DNA from: Auanema rhodensis
Lineage: Eukaryota; Animalia; Nematoda
Direction: 5' to 3'
Assembly (NCBI GenBank): GCA_964057225.1
Contig: OZ059895.1
Coordinates: forward strand, 9,052,001 to 9,116,000
DNA: 64,000 bases
Positions 24,560 to 37,440 of this stretch are shown in pieces; position 1 is the stretch's first letter, and each line of letters starts with the position of its first letter. The position numbers were made by a program, and so were the translations under genes. The notes under the pieces were generated by a model. It did not search any database and was not told the DNA's origin. It worked only from the letters and a program-made list of their open reading frames with translations.

Positions 24560-26857
24560 ATGCAGTCTAAAGACCCCATTGGTAATATTGGGGCTCTGCT
24601 AGATGTGAAGAAATTCCTCGATGAGTTAGATGTTACCAAGTCTGATTGGAAAAATGAAGTTGTTAGGTTTGTAAATTTTTTAAAACTTCTTTTATAATGC
24701 CTGATTAGAATGGTTGTTAATGTTGTGGAACGGGAAATTACGAAAACGAATGTGAAGAAAAATGAGCGGAAGGCTCTCTTTTCCTTAGGAGATGAATTAG
24801 AAGAAGATCAACTCACAGGTTGTAAAATAAAATAAAGTAATTTTCTGACTTAATTCTTATTTAAAGTTAGTAACGATGTACATCAGACTAAAGAAGTAGG
24901 AACGCAGTGTGATTTAGATGAGAGTGTTACTGTTACTGTTACTGAAGATGGATCTCTTGATTCTATATCACGTGCTTGGAAAGAAGGTTTTTATTTTTTA
25001 TATTTTACTCTTTTCATCTTTAATTGTTTTAGGAGGAACTGTCAGACCAGGTGATGCTCTCCGGCTGTTGAACCGTGGATTAGCAAAGCAACGTGAGCTA
25101 GAATCGCGGTTTGATGTTGAGACGGCCATTGCGATTCGACGATCGTTTGTGTGCACGCGAGACTTTTCTTTTAAGAGTTTGCCATATAGAGGCTTTGATT
25201 ATAAATATGTAAGAAATCTGTTGTTTGACTTTGTCTATTACATACTTCAGGTGACGAACTCTTGTTGTGAAAATGTTATAGGGCATGTTCCCATTCCCGT
25301 TGGTGTTGCTGGTCCTTTAAGAATTAGTTGTAATTATAATACTCCATATAAAATAAAATATTTAAATTTAGCTGGTAATTCCGACAGAGTAGTTTTTGTT
25401 CCAATGGCTACGACAGAAGGAGCTCTGATTGCAAGTACCAATCGAGGTTGCAGTGCTATTCAGGTAAAATAGTTCGAACCTAAAAATCCAAAAAAGAAAC
25501 ATTTTGTAGAAATGCGGTGGTGTTTTGGCTATGGTTCATGATGACAAGATGACCAGAGCTCCTGTTGTTAAATTTCCCACACTTTTTGAAACTGTGTAAG
25601 AAAAACAGTTTTTTTTCTGTAATAACATTCATTTCAGGGAGTTCAAAAAGTGGCTTGATGAACCTAAAAATTTCGAGGCATTAAAAACTGTTTTTGATTC
25701 AACTAGCAGGTATTTAAAGATGATAGAATAATTATATAACACATTTATTACAGATATGCCAATTTGTGCAAAATAAATGTTGCGTTGAATGGAAACCAAG
25801 CATTTGTGCGTTTCAGTGCGAAAAGCGGTGATGCTATGGGTATGAATATGATTTCTAAGTAAGTTTTTTTTATTAATTCTTAACTTTTCCTATTTTTTTC
25901 AGGGCTTGTTCTATGGCAATAAAATTTCTAAAAGAACATTTTCCTAATATGGAAATTTTGGCGCTCAGTGGTAATTATTGTGTTGATAAAAAATCGTCTT
26001 CGATTAATTGGGTTTATGGACGAGGTCGTTCGGTAGTAGCTGAATGCGTTTTATCAAAAGATGTTGTGCAGTCGGTACTAAAAACTACTCCGAAGGATAT
26101 GGCCTATGTAGCTAGTGTATGATTGTTATTCATAATAAATTATAATTGTTTTATATTTCAGGCAAAGTTACAGCACGGATCTGCCATGGCAGGATGTTTA
26201 GGCGGAAATAATGCCCACGCAGCTAATATTGTTGCAGCTATTTTCTTGGCTACTGGACAAGTAGTTTTCTTTAACTATCTCTTTTCTAAATTAAAATTTT
26301 AGGACGCTGCTCAAGTGGTGTCTTCTTCCATGTGCTCTACTAGAATGGAAGAAACTGATGATGGTCAGTTGTACGTATCATGCAGCATGCCTTGTATAGA
26401 AGTAGGAACGGTTGGTGGAGGAACAATCTTACCACCACAAAATGAGTGCCTAAAGGTTTGAAAGCTTGAAGGTTTGAAAGTAATGCTATTTCATATGTTT
26501 AGCTGCTTGCTTGCGCTGGACCATCAGTTACCAAAGCGGGGTCGAATGCCGAAGCTTTAGCAGAGGTTATTGTTGCTACAGTTTTGGCTGGTGAACTTAG
26601 TCTAATGGCTGCCTTAGTTAAAGACGAACTGGTATCCAGTCATATGAAACTCAATAGGTATAATAATTTATTTTTTTAAAAAAATAAAAATTTTCAATGG
26701 TAAATATTATTTTTACAGATCTACACTTAAGCTTTATAACGTGGAAACGCCACAAACTTCTTCTGTTTCTCTCCTTGATTCGCAAGACAAGCCGGTTAGA
26801 GAACACTTTAGAACTAAGAAAAATAGTGAGCGTGCAGGTTGTTCTAATATTCTATGA
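24560..26857 (+). CDS. hmgr-1: HMG-CoA reductase (class I) with no visible N-terminal membrane domain
   Basis: [101 protein letters not shown]; ends AGCSNIL*. Confidence 0.96.
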
Positions 26858-27471
26858 AATACTATTAGTCTCTCCTAATCTTTTTTCATATAGTTTTGGC
26901 ATCATTGCCTTTTGTAATGTTAGTTTTTGTATTGTTTAGAATCCTACTAGCACTTTATTTTGTTGATTTTGCAAATTTTCTTAATAATCGCATAGTACTT
27001 GTATTTTTTATTTATCTACCACACAACATGCATGTAGTTTTTAGGTAGCTTCGAGGTATTTTTATTTGTCCTGATATAGGCCAATGTCTAAGACATTTTA
27101 CCATTCAAGAGTTGAACATAAACCTATTTTTTTATTCGTGTACTTTATGATATATTATATGAACAGCCTGAACAATTAAAAAAAAATTGAACATTAGGCA
27201 AAATATACAGTATTAATATTTTCTATAATTTGGTACACACGCACCAACGATATGCTGTAGTTACATTGCACTCTGTTTACCAGTTTGTGTCTGGGCAGCG
27301 AGAAGGCGGTGCAGATGATGTCGATTCGCTTGGTCATACGATGCGGCTGCTGCCGAATATTATTAAAGATATTTGTCGATATTGTGATGAATTTATAATT
27401 TATATTTCATTTGTTTTACGAAAAAAACAGTATAAAAATATAAGTAAGGCAATTATTTATAGTCTCAAGGA

Positions 27472-28224
27472 ATGGCGAGCAATCAAAATCCATGTTTCTT
27501 GTCTGTAAAGGATTGTGGTGATTTTTTTATGGATGAAGATGAGGACACTAAACGACTCTGGAAAGATTTTCAGGTGTGTTGCTATCATGAAAAACAATGT
27601 TTCATGAATGATTTCTCCAGGCATGTGCCCAATCTATAACTCGTTTATATTCTGATTCTTCTTGGAAAAGTTTGCAAACGTCCGCAGCTAACACCACTCA
27701 GCTTTATAAGGTATATTTTAAGTTTTATTTCTTTAAATTATGTTTTTTGTTAAAGACATCCTTGGATGTTCGAAGATCAAGCCATGCTAATGGTTTCAGG
27801 GATGGCCGAACGGCTTTAGCTAAGGTATTATATGCATATATTTGGTTTTCTTTTTTGTTTCTATTGTTTTGCTATTTAGGAATTATTAGCAGCCATTACT
27901 TGCCGTAACCCAGTAGATATGCACACAATTTTGGACTATTTACGAAGAAATGTTGAAGGTGGTGTAGAAAGTCAACGCAGGTTTCTTGATGGTCATGATG
28001 GGGATGAGCAAGATGAGGAGCCAGGGTTAAAACTTTTTGAAGAGGTAGGTTTCAATAGAATACAGTGTTTAATTTTTATTTAGGTTTTGACTCCTAATAT
28101 ATCATCGAATGCCCGTGGTGGAGAATTAGATACGTTTTTGGCTGACCAAGTCCAGCGTCACCAACGCAAACGGCAGAGGGATACATCCCCTTCATCTTTA
28201 ATTAAGAAATTTAAAAAGCAGTAA
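27472..28224 (+). CDS. HAPSTR1/C16orf72 (UPF0472) family protein
   Basis: LWKDFQACAQSITRLY..WKSLQTSAANTTQLYKTSLD matches the recalled duplicated LW..FQ..A..V..LYK motif; basic C-terminus HQRKRQR..IKKFKKQ*; 5 exons; not recovered correctly by the ORF track. Confidence 0.85.
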
Positions 28225-28797
28225 CAATTTTTGGTCTATATATATATATACATGATCCATATATCTTTATTATCAGTGAGCTTTCCTTCTGCATCTGTTT
28301 GATACAGATATCACCTATTATGTCAAGTTATAGAGTGATCTTAGGAATATTGTACATATGTTTATCTTTTTTTTACCTTTCATCTTGTACCAGGCCAATG
28401 CTAATATTTAAAATGTTCAGTATAGATAATCAATTGTGAACTGAACTTGCGAAGTTGTTTCAGTTTTAGTTAATTTTTTTTTCAATTTTGAATATTGTTT
28501 GACTAAGACTATCATTGCTAATGATCGGAGATTTAACAAGAGTTGCCTGTACCGGGTGTTGTTCGACATTTCCTTTTTTAATTTTAATTGTGTTTCGATC
28601 GTTTAAGCTTTGCTTTTTTTGTGTAACTAGCTATTCTCGTACTACATTTTTGTGAAAAGAGTCAGAGTTTTTCTTTAATTTGAAAAAAAAAAGTAAAGTT
28701 ATTGCTAATTTTTCTATATATTTGTGCTTCTGTTTTATACAGTTTGTATCGCGACTATTATAATTTTCTTCTAGTTCACCGAATTATAGTTGTTAAA

Positions 28798-29526
28798 ATG
28801 GTTCGAAAACTGAAACTTCATGAGCAAAAGCTTTTGAGAAAAACTGATTTTGTTCAATGGGAAGTCGATCAACATGGTAAACAAAATGATATGCTCAGAA
28901 AGTTTGTTTATATTATATTGTCGCTAATTCAATCGATTATTTCAGATATTATATTCAAAAACGAGAACATTATGCTTTATATAACAAATTAGCAGCAGAA
29001 GTAGGTTATCATTGATAAATGTAGCATTTCATTTCTATTTTTCAGGCTCGATCTATAGCTGAAAAGTTAAAAGAACTTCCGTTGAATGATCCTTTTAGAA
29101 ATAAATGTATCAGAGAAATGCTCAGCAAATTTTATGCTGTTGGTATTATTCCAACTGCCGATTCAGCAGAACGCTTAGGAAAGGTTGTACTTAGATTTTA
29201 AGAAATTAAATATTTTGGCAATTCAGATTAGTGCTTCAAGTTTCGCAAGAAGAAGATTACCAGTAGTAATGAAAAATAGTGGAATGATCGATAGCATCAA
29301 AAATGCATCAGATTTTGTATGTTTTTTTTTTATTTGTTAAATATTTATTTTTTTATTCACTTAGGTTGAACAAGGTCATGTTAGAGTTGGGCATAAGCTT
29401 GTCACTGATCCAGCGTTTTTGGTAACCCGTGCTCAAGAAGATGCCATAACCTGGACAAACGCAAGTAAGATTCGTCAGCACGTTGCGAACTACAATAATT
29501 CTCGTGACGATTTTGAATTAGCCTAA
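28798..29526 (+). CDS. U3 snoRNP protein IMP3 (S4 RNA-binding domain)
   Basis: [73 protein letters not shown]. Confidence 0.95.
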
Positions 29527-29771
29527 GCTGTACTTGCTATATCTTAACTGACAAATCTTTGGCTAACCCTGCTTTTGCGAGAGTTTGAACTCAATCTGTT
29601 CACAACACGTTGTTTATTGTTATGTGTTGAATGAAAATATTGTTTTTTGAATTAGTTAAATGAGTATTTTTGAAATTTCACATATTTTTATATTCTCTTC
29701 CAATGATAAGAGTGATCAATCCACAAAAAAGTTATAACATGCATTAATATTATTTTACTTTCAAATTAATG

Positions 29772-32700
29772 TCATACAGCGGGAATATTTTCTTCCTTTT
29801 CTTGAGTACTTTCTAATTCTTCTTCTGGTTCTTCTTCTGGCTCTTCTTCCACTACATGGGTAATGGTTTTGTTAGCTTGTCTACATAAAGCTGCCAGCAT
29901 TCTTGAAGGTTCGCCGGAAAAACCGGCTGCCCATGCCAGTCGATCCCTTAATGACTGAAATTTGTATTTTATGAAAAATATTAAAAAAAAAACTAGCCTG
30001 ATTTGTGTCTGAATAAAAATATCCGTTTATAGTTGTCTCAGCGTTAGAATTAGACATGAGTAAAGCTATAGCGTGAAAGAATGAAGCTAATATTCTATTT
30101 GAATCTATCAAACTTTGCTTGATTGCTCGTTGTTGATCAATGACGGACATTAACTAGATAAAAGTTTATAGAAATGATAAATGTAATTTATTTACTTGAT
30201 TATGAGCTTTATCCATGAGCATATCTAACGGAGTCAAGCTCTCTGTTTTAGTATTTCGCAACTTATTGGTAATAACAATCTGAATTTCTCTTACTTCTCT
30301 TGAAATACGTTCAATTTCCTTTTTCAAATTTTCTGATCGAGATTCAAGCTAAAACAAATATTTTTGATTGAATAATGATATGATGATAACCTGCAAATGA
30401 TTTTCCAATGCTGGGACAACTATCTCTAAAGGAACATTTCCATGTATGTTAACTCCATTTTCTAATTTTTCTAATCGAACGATCATTTCATGTACAATAA
30501 CATATAATATAGAAGGATCATCAGTTTGAATTCTATACCGATCTGTTAAGAAATAATATTACTTTCGGAAAATTGAAAGTTACTACTGTACTTGACTTAT
30601 TTGCTGCGAATATTGAAACTAAAGAATTCGAGCCATACATATATAAAGCTATTGACGTCGCATTATCGGTTTCAAACTCTATAAGCTTTTTAGTTTAAAG
30701 AAATGAAATTAGATTAGTTTACCTGGAAAGATATTAGCCAACGAAACAGCTGGTCTATCAGTATCTAATGTTATCTTATACTTAGCATTTCTCTCAGGTG
30801 ATGTTTCAAAGAAAAGTAATCTAATTGGAAGATCCACAGTTCCTGTGATTGTTGCTACAACATAGTTTTAAGTTTTTGGGAAATATTCGAGGCTGTTGTC
30901 CATTAGGAGTATGAAGAGACTTACCTTGAGAATCTGAAGCAATAGCCACGAGTTGCACAGTAGTATTGGGTGGCCAGGTATTATTTGGATCAACGGTAAA
31001 CGAAACTAGCGTTTCTTTCTGAGAATGTTCTTAAAATAAATTATTCATAAAATTTAGAGATCAATTAAATAAATTACTAAGAATTTGATATGAAAATGAT
31101 GAACGAATATTAAGATGAATTTTTTCTGCTGAACTAATTCCACTATATTGGATTGTCATAGTACAACTAGGTGCATCTCCTTTTGAACCCTAAGTGCAAA
31201 GAAAATATAAATTCAAAAATCATTTTAAAACAGACCATGCCACTTTTGTCAATTGTACCAATAATAAACTTCATTTGAAGATCACCAACTGAAGATATTG
31301 CTGAATCTAGTTTGATGTTATAATTCTCAAATTTCTTCCATCTTACGCATTGTTCCTGTTGTATCTTTAATGCTTTCTTCCATTTTTTTCAATTCCTGCA
31401 CTTTTGCGTTTAAATCAAGAATTTGATTATCCATGTTCACAACACGGTAGAGACTTGGCTCTGTTCCAAGATATCCTATAGAAACTCTTCCTTCATAAGA
31501 TAGTAAAGATAATAAATATTGATGAGTTGTACTGCAAAGGCATATATATAATCCGTTATATATCAAGATTAATACTTATAACTTCCGATTTCGATGGCTA
31601 TCGGAAGAAAATTAGTTTGACAGTTCCAAAGAAGGACATTATCTGCGTATATCAATAATGTATTTGTATTTACAGCAACACAAAATCTTGTTGATGTTAC
31701 AGCCACTTCAAAGCGAATAAATTATAAAATTTAGTAAAATTATATTACTTCCTGAACGATAAACGTGAAATGATGTAGCAATACAATCCAAACGAATTTG
31801 CCATCTGAACAAATATCTAATGAAACTGAAAAAACGGATAATTTACCTCAAATTTCCACCCGTGGTAAAACAAAAAATATTCCGACGGCAGAGGACAAGA
31901 ACAGATGGCTGAACTGGAGGACCATCATCCATAGCCATTTGCAATGCAACATCCCCAAGGCTACAAACCCAATCGAACTAAAAATAATTTTCTTAGATAC
32001 ATTACAGTTTATTTCAATAAACAAACATTATTACCGTTACACGTTTTCCTGTATTACTCAAACTGGCAATCAAACTGAATTTTGCTGCATGAAGACGAGC
32101 ACCAGATGCTATGATCACCGAAGCAGATGGAATATTATATCCTATAGGACCTGGATGCAATGCAGGAAGTGGACTTCTTGAAAAAATGCACTGATCTCCT
32201 AACAAAGAATAAATTAATCAAATAGTCGATTGTTTTTATCTTAAAAACCTTGAAAAAGAGTTAAAGCGCAGGAAACACTTTGAACAAGGATTTGGGAGCT
32301 ATGAGTCTGGTTATTAACAACCAAACACATATTATAAGCTGGTTCAGATAAAGGATGACTAAACATTTCTTGTAGATCAGTAAGAGCCAGATCACTTGCA
32401 TCTATAAGCATTATCAAGGCAATGTTGTTTCATGTTTGTTTTAATTTCTTTCATAAAAGTTTCACAAATATTCAAAAAAAAATATTTTAATGCATATATT
32501 CTAATTATCATATTAATTATATTTTAAATAAATATAATATTAGCTTTCCATATAACGAACCATATCGAAATCGGTAGTATGTCAATGAACTAGTGCTTAA
32601 AATTGCAATTGTTTTGCCAGAAATTGATAGGAATTCGCCAATAAGAATTTCGATTGCAGGTTTTCCTGTAGTCTTTTGTAACAGTAACGCTTCTTCAATC

Positions 32701-32929
32701 TTTTCTGAAGCTCCAGGATCAATAATACTTATGATCCCATCTTCGGAGCCAACAACTAACTGATCTAAAACATTTTTTATTCGTGTCATTCAAAGTGTTC
32801 ATAGATTACGGCGTGAAGATTGTAAAAAACTGATTACTGACCTCGATTATCCACTAGATTTCCCACCACAATGCAACTAGCACCGGGAAAATCATTTGTA
32901 TACCATTCTGATATATTGAAAAGAGACAT
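29772..32929 (-). CDS. bbs-9: BBSome subunit BBS9/PTHB1
   Basis: MSLFNISEWYT start, DQLVVGSEDGIISII, QILVQSVSCALTLF, LHPGPIGY, CRFDCIATSFH, SLSYEGRVSIGYLGTEPSLY; X-box upstream. Confidence 0.9.
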
Positions 32930-33002
32930 TTCTACAACAAAGTCTGGCTGGTATAGATTTTATTTCGAGTGTAAGCCCATTCTCATCAGGCTTTGCGACC
33001 GG

Positions 33003-33017
33003 GTTGCCAATAGCAAC
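33003..33017. promoter_or_regulatory. X-box (RFX/DAF-19 site) of bbs-9
   Basis: GTTGCC-AAT-AGCAAC fits GTNRCC-N0-3-RGYAAC, ~75 bp upstream of the bbs-9 ATG, the usual position for nematode ciliary genes. Confidence 0.85.
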
Positions 33018-33292
33018 CTATCAACTGTGCGAACCTAAGGTCGCACAAAAAGTTTCACCTGCGAATCTTTTATCCAGAAATTAATTTGTTATTTGAACTG
33101 TTTTCATAACAAATTATTTTTTGTGAAAATTATATTTTGGTAGAAATTGTTTTCTCTCTGTATATCATCATAACAACAATAAATCAATAACTTTTAATAA
33201 TAATTAATATTTTAATATTGGAATGTAAATGCTCACAAATTTGGGGCAACAAAAAGCATTTCAAATTTATGTAAACTATGTTCACTTCAGCT

Positions 33293-33730
33293 TCACTTGG
33301 TCTTAACAGTCTTCTTTTGGTCCTTCTTGGCCCTACGGTCAGCAGCTTTTTGATCTTTTTCCTTGATCGAGTTCAGTAGTTTAAAGCCACAGAAAGCTGC
33401 AAATATAATTGATAACGCATTCCACTTCTTATATTCCAACTGATAACATTTATAATACAAACAGAAGACTATCAGTTACTTTATGCTACAAACGTCCGAA
33501 AAAAAACTTGAAGAATACTCAAAAGAATTCAGAAAGATTAATGACAATAGTCAAATAGCGTAATCGCACTATTAAATACTAGTCATGTTCCATAGTTCAT
33601 AATTTATATCAATGTTTCATGTAACATAAAGAAACTTACCTATGAGAGCAATAATAACAGCAGCTGGGAAAATGAAGACAGTATTGTCGAAAGATTGTCC
33701 AAATGGAGTCTTGCTGCCTAGTTCAACCAT
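33293..33730 (-). CDS. 64-aa single-pass membrane microprotein with basic tail (SMIM15-like architecture)
   Basis: Two exons (33730-33640, 33396-33293) joined by a GTAAGT..TTGCAG intron: MVELGSKTPFGQSFDNTVFIFPAAVIIALIAFCGFKLLNSIKEKDQKAADRRAKKDQKKTVKTK*. Confidence 0.8.
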
Positions 33731-34244
33731 TTTGAACGAATAGAAAGATCTCTTATATCAGCGAAACACTAAGCTTGAAGTTGGGACAACCTTTATGTCC
33801 TTAGAACTACAGAAGTATCTGACCCGGAATAGTCGCGCCGTGTTGGATGACACGCGATGCGACCGCTCGCAAGAGTATTGCATATCATTAGAGCATGTTT
33901 ATTTAGGATCTGTTGATAACTAATCCCTCCAATTTGCTTTACTGTAGAATGAACTAGTATTCGTAATCTTCTGAATGTTTTTTAATGTATTGAAGTTGTT
34001 GAAAAACCATTTAGAAACATAAAAACATATTGTGTTATTAAGAAATAATCATCTGCGTGTTTTATTACAATAGAAAGCCCTGTGCGGTTATGAAAAAGCA
34101 GTGATAAACCTTGGAATAGAAATGCCTATATAGAAAAAAAATACAGTGAATGTATGTGTGTGAGAAAATTTACATTATGAAATATGTGAAAATAAATTGA
34201 ACGAGACCCGTGGACCTTTTAAAATATTTGATTAATGGAAGTTC

Positions 34245-35275
34245 TTAAACAAGAGTTGCAAATTGTTTAAAGTTTTGTCGAGATTGGCTGGAATATGTGG
34301 TATTTGTCCAAATACAGATTGTTTTTATTGCTGTGAATGTTGCTAACAGTAATGCGCATACTCCAATTGATACTCCTACTCCACGTGCGGATAAACTTCT
34401 GGAGTTATCAGTAGCACATCCAATCAGAATAACTTAATATTATAGAATAATTAAATTTTTATATTAAAAAAACATACTTATCAGAAATACTACGAGAGCT
34501 AGAAACCAAAATGAGTTAACAACCATTCTCAGGAAGCTAGTTTTTTCGATGTAACTTAACGCTCTGCAAGTTAATTTATTATAAATAAATGATTATACGA
34601 ATTCACATTTCTGGTTCTTCTGGATGTGATTTCAGCATCTTCAACATAAAAAACGATTGAAAAGCTGAGAAAGCGAAGGTAGCTAATGACAAAGCTATAA
34701 CAGACAATTCAGCTGCATCTAGACAGTCTTTTACTATATCCTATAATGAATAATTATTCAATAAGTAAAAAAAAACATTTTAATATACTTTAACAAATGT
34801 TTTTGTTAATTTAATTCTTGCTGTCCAATCCATAGTATAATATGTTAAAAAGGATATTATAGCCAAAAGGAATGCAGCTACACAGATGCACCCACTAAGG
34901 CAAACTGAATATACAACCTAAAAAATGGCGATAAAAGGATTTAAGCTATATATAGGATAAATACCTTAGTTCGTAGTAAATTTGTTTCATTTTGAGTAGA
35001 GTATGATGTATCAGATGCTCTACTAGAAGTCATATCTACAACTTTCGGTTTTTTAAGAATTGAAATTGGTGCTTGCGGTATAGCATACGAAATGCTGATC
35101 GGAGATGCACTATTACTCTGAAATATAATTATAATTACTTCAGTACTCTAGACGATAAGTTTTAATAACAAAACAATATGTGAAAATGATTGTTCTGATC
35201 AAAACTACTACGTACAATAGCATAATCTGATACCGAATTTGGTATTTGATTCCTCATAGAACGAGTTACAGCCAT
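34245..35275 (-). CDS. four-TM protein, TMEM221/Jiraiya-like
   Basis: Six exons in consistent phase; Ser-rich N-terminus, four hydrophobic segments, C-terminus FKQFATLV* (class I PDZ ligand, resembling the recalled TMEM221 STLV end). Confidence 0.7.
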
Positions 35276-37440
35276 CTAAGAATTCTTATAACCTGGAATT
35301 TATTCAAAATATTTGAAAAGTGAGAAGGAATTCACGAATAAGTTTCTGCACAGATAAAAACATATTGGCTTTGAAAGAATTAAAACAAGATTATTAAAGA
35401 TTTGAAAATTTTTACTTGGCTATGTTTAAATGAAATTTAAGAAATGAATGTCGAGGATTTAGATATAGGAAAAAGAAATGAATTATTTGATATGTATGTT
35501 CTATGTTTTCAAAGATGCACATATGTGCGCGAATTCGCTTGTACATATCATCACAATTTCAGATTTTAAGAAAATTTATATCTTTCGTACAAGAATAACA
35601 AGAGAGAAAGAGGAAAAGAAGAAAATACTCATATTATCTTAAAATTGAACATCTGGAGAAACCTGAAGACTATACATGTTTAATAGCTTGTCATCTGTTT
35701 GAAATCAAGGTTTATTCACAAAAAAAGATAATAGATTCGTAATTGATTTGATATCTGATAGATTATTTAAAATATTTTAGAAGTAAAATTTATAATTAAT
35801 GGAAAACAATTATAAAGAAGAAGAAAAGAAATTGCAGAAATGTAAACGAGAAAAGTTATAAGAGATATGCCGCAATGAACAAATGGATATGACTTGTGGT
35901 GATCAGATGTCCATCTGTAACAGCTACTAGTCTTTCACCTTATTCCTTACTTCAATACATAATATATAATACTTTTTTCGGGGAAAATCTTATTCTAAGT
36001 TCGATCAACAAAATTATTTACAACTTGAAATGTTTTTATGAAAAAATAAGTTGAAAAGTCAACGTCTTTACGAAAATTAATGAAAGAAAGCACAAAATGA
36101 TGAGACAGAATTTGACAGAAAATTGCAACACAATAAATGTGATATTTGAATGAGCTCTTAAGAAATTCTGGAAAGAGCCCACTTGGTGGGTTAAAAGATT
36201 TTTCAAGATCCCAAACTAAAGCATATAAGGCTATAAGAGAGACTATAAGTGACTTAAGAGCACTGAAATCTCGTAGTAAAAAGAAATAAAATATTTTAAA
36301 TTATTTGAATCTTTAATAATATATCTATCTATCTATCTATATATGTATATATATATATGATATAAGTAGAGTAGAAGTTAAAACCGGAAATATTCTTTAA
36401 AATAGATGAAGTCATGATTTCTTAAGAAATAGATTAACTTCTCACTATCTCAAGACATATGTTCATTTGCCATTATTCTGTGAATGGTGAGAAAATGGTT
36501 AAAGGTCATTTGTATAATATGAGAACTATTATATAGATAAATGAAAAGAAATTTATAATATTTAAAGAGATAAAAGTATCAGTTTAATGAGAAACTAACA
36601 GAACGCCATAATTTGGACTGACCCAATGAGATACGAGAAGAGAGATGTGGTTGGTGGAAAGTAGTAAGTTTAAGATGGAGAGCTAGCAGAGAGAGGGAAA
36701 ACGAGGAGAGAAATGAGACCTTATGTTAAGATGATGAATGGGCTCCTACAACTGTCATCATATTTTTGAAAAGAATAGTGAAAAGAGTGAAAGTCAGTTA
36801 AGCCAATTATAATAATTAATAAAAATAAAAATAAATAGATTACATGTGTATCTGAAATATTATTTTATGTTTAAGAAATATAATTGTTTGTTATATTTTT
36901 GAAAAAAAAAACAATGAATAGCATATGAAATGGCGGATTATATGATTTTCTAGAAAGGTACTACTATATAGCGTATAATGAAATAATTAGAGATGACCAT
37001 CTGTTAAGCGCGTGCAACCTTTTTGTGCTCCAGACCATAGAACATGAAAGGAAGACAACACGATTTGAGCATTAGTGTGATTCAATCAATAATGAGTAAT
37101 ATATATAAATGAAATAAATATTGTTCTTGAAACATATTTTATGTGTTTTTATAGAAAATGTTTCAGAAATTATTGACTCTGAATAAGATGTAATGACGAT
37201 AAAGCAACTTTATCTAGGCATTTATGCAAATGATCTCTTCAAATGATGTTACTAAATTTAGATAATCCAAAGATCTATGAATGACAATTTCAATCATTCG
37301 TCATTAACTATTATAAAATACTGAAATAAGATTTTAAAAATGATAATGTTGTGTATCAACTCAAGTTTTATGATGTAAATGTTTTCTCAGTGTACCTCTT
37401 TAATAAAATAATTTGAATTATAAATCTTTATATGATACAA

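Noticed and set aside
27315-27350. SECIS element (ATGA..GA)
   Set aside because: Helix II is too short, there is no apical AA, and no in-frame UGA is needed in the neighbouring gene models.
33397-33639. C/D snoRNA in the microprotein intron (ATGAAC..CTGA on the minus strand)
   Set aside because: Box C is non-canonical and the putative guide gives only ~9 nt of complementarity; too weak to call.
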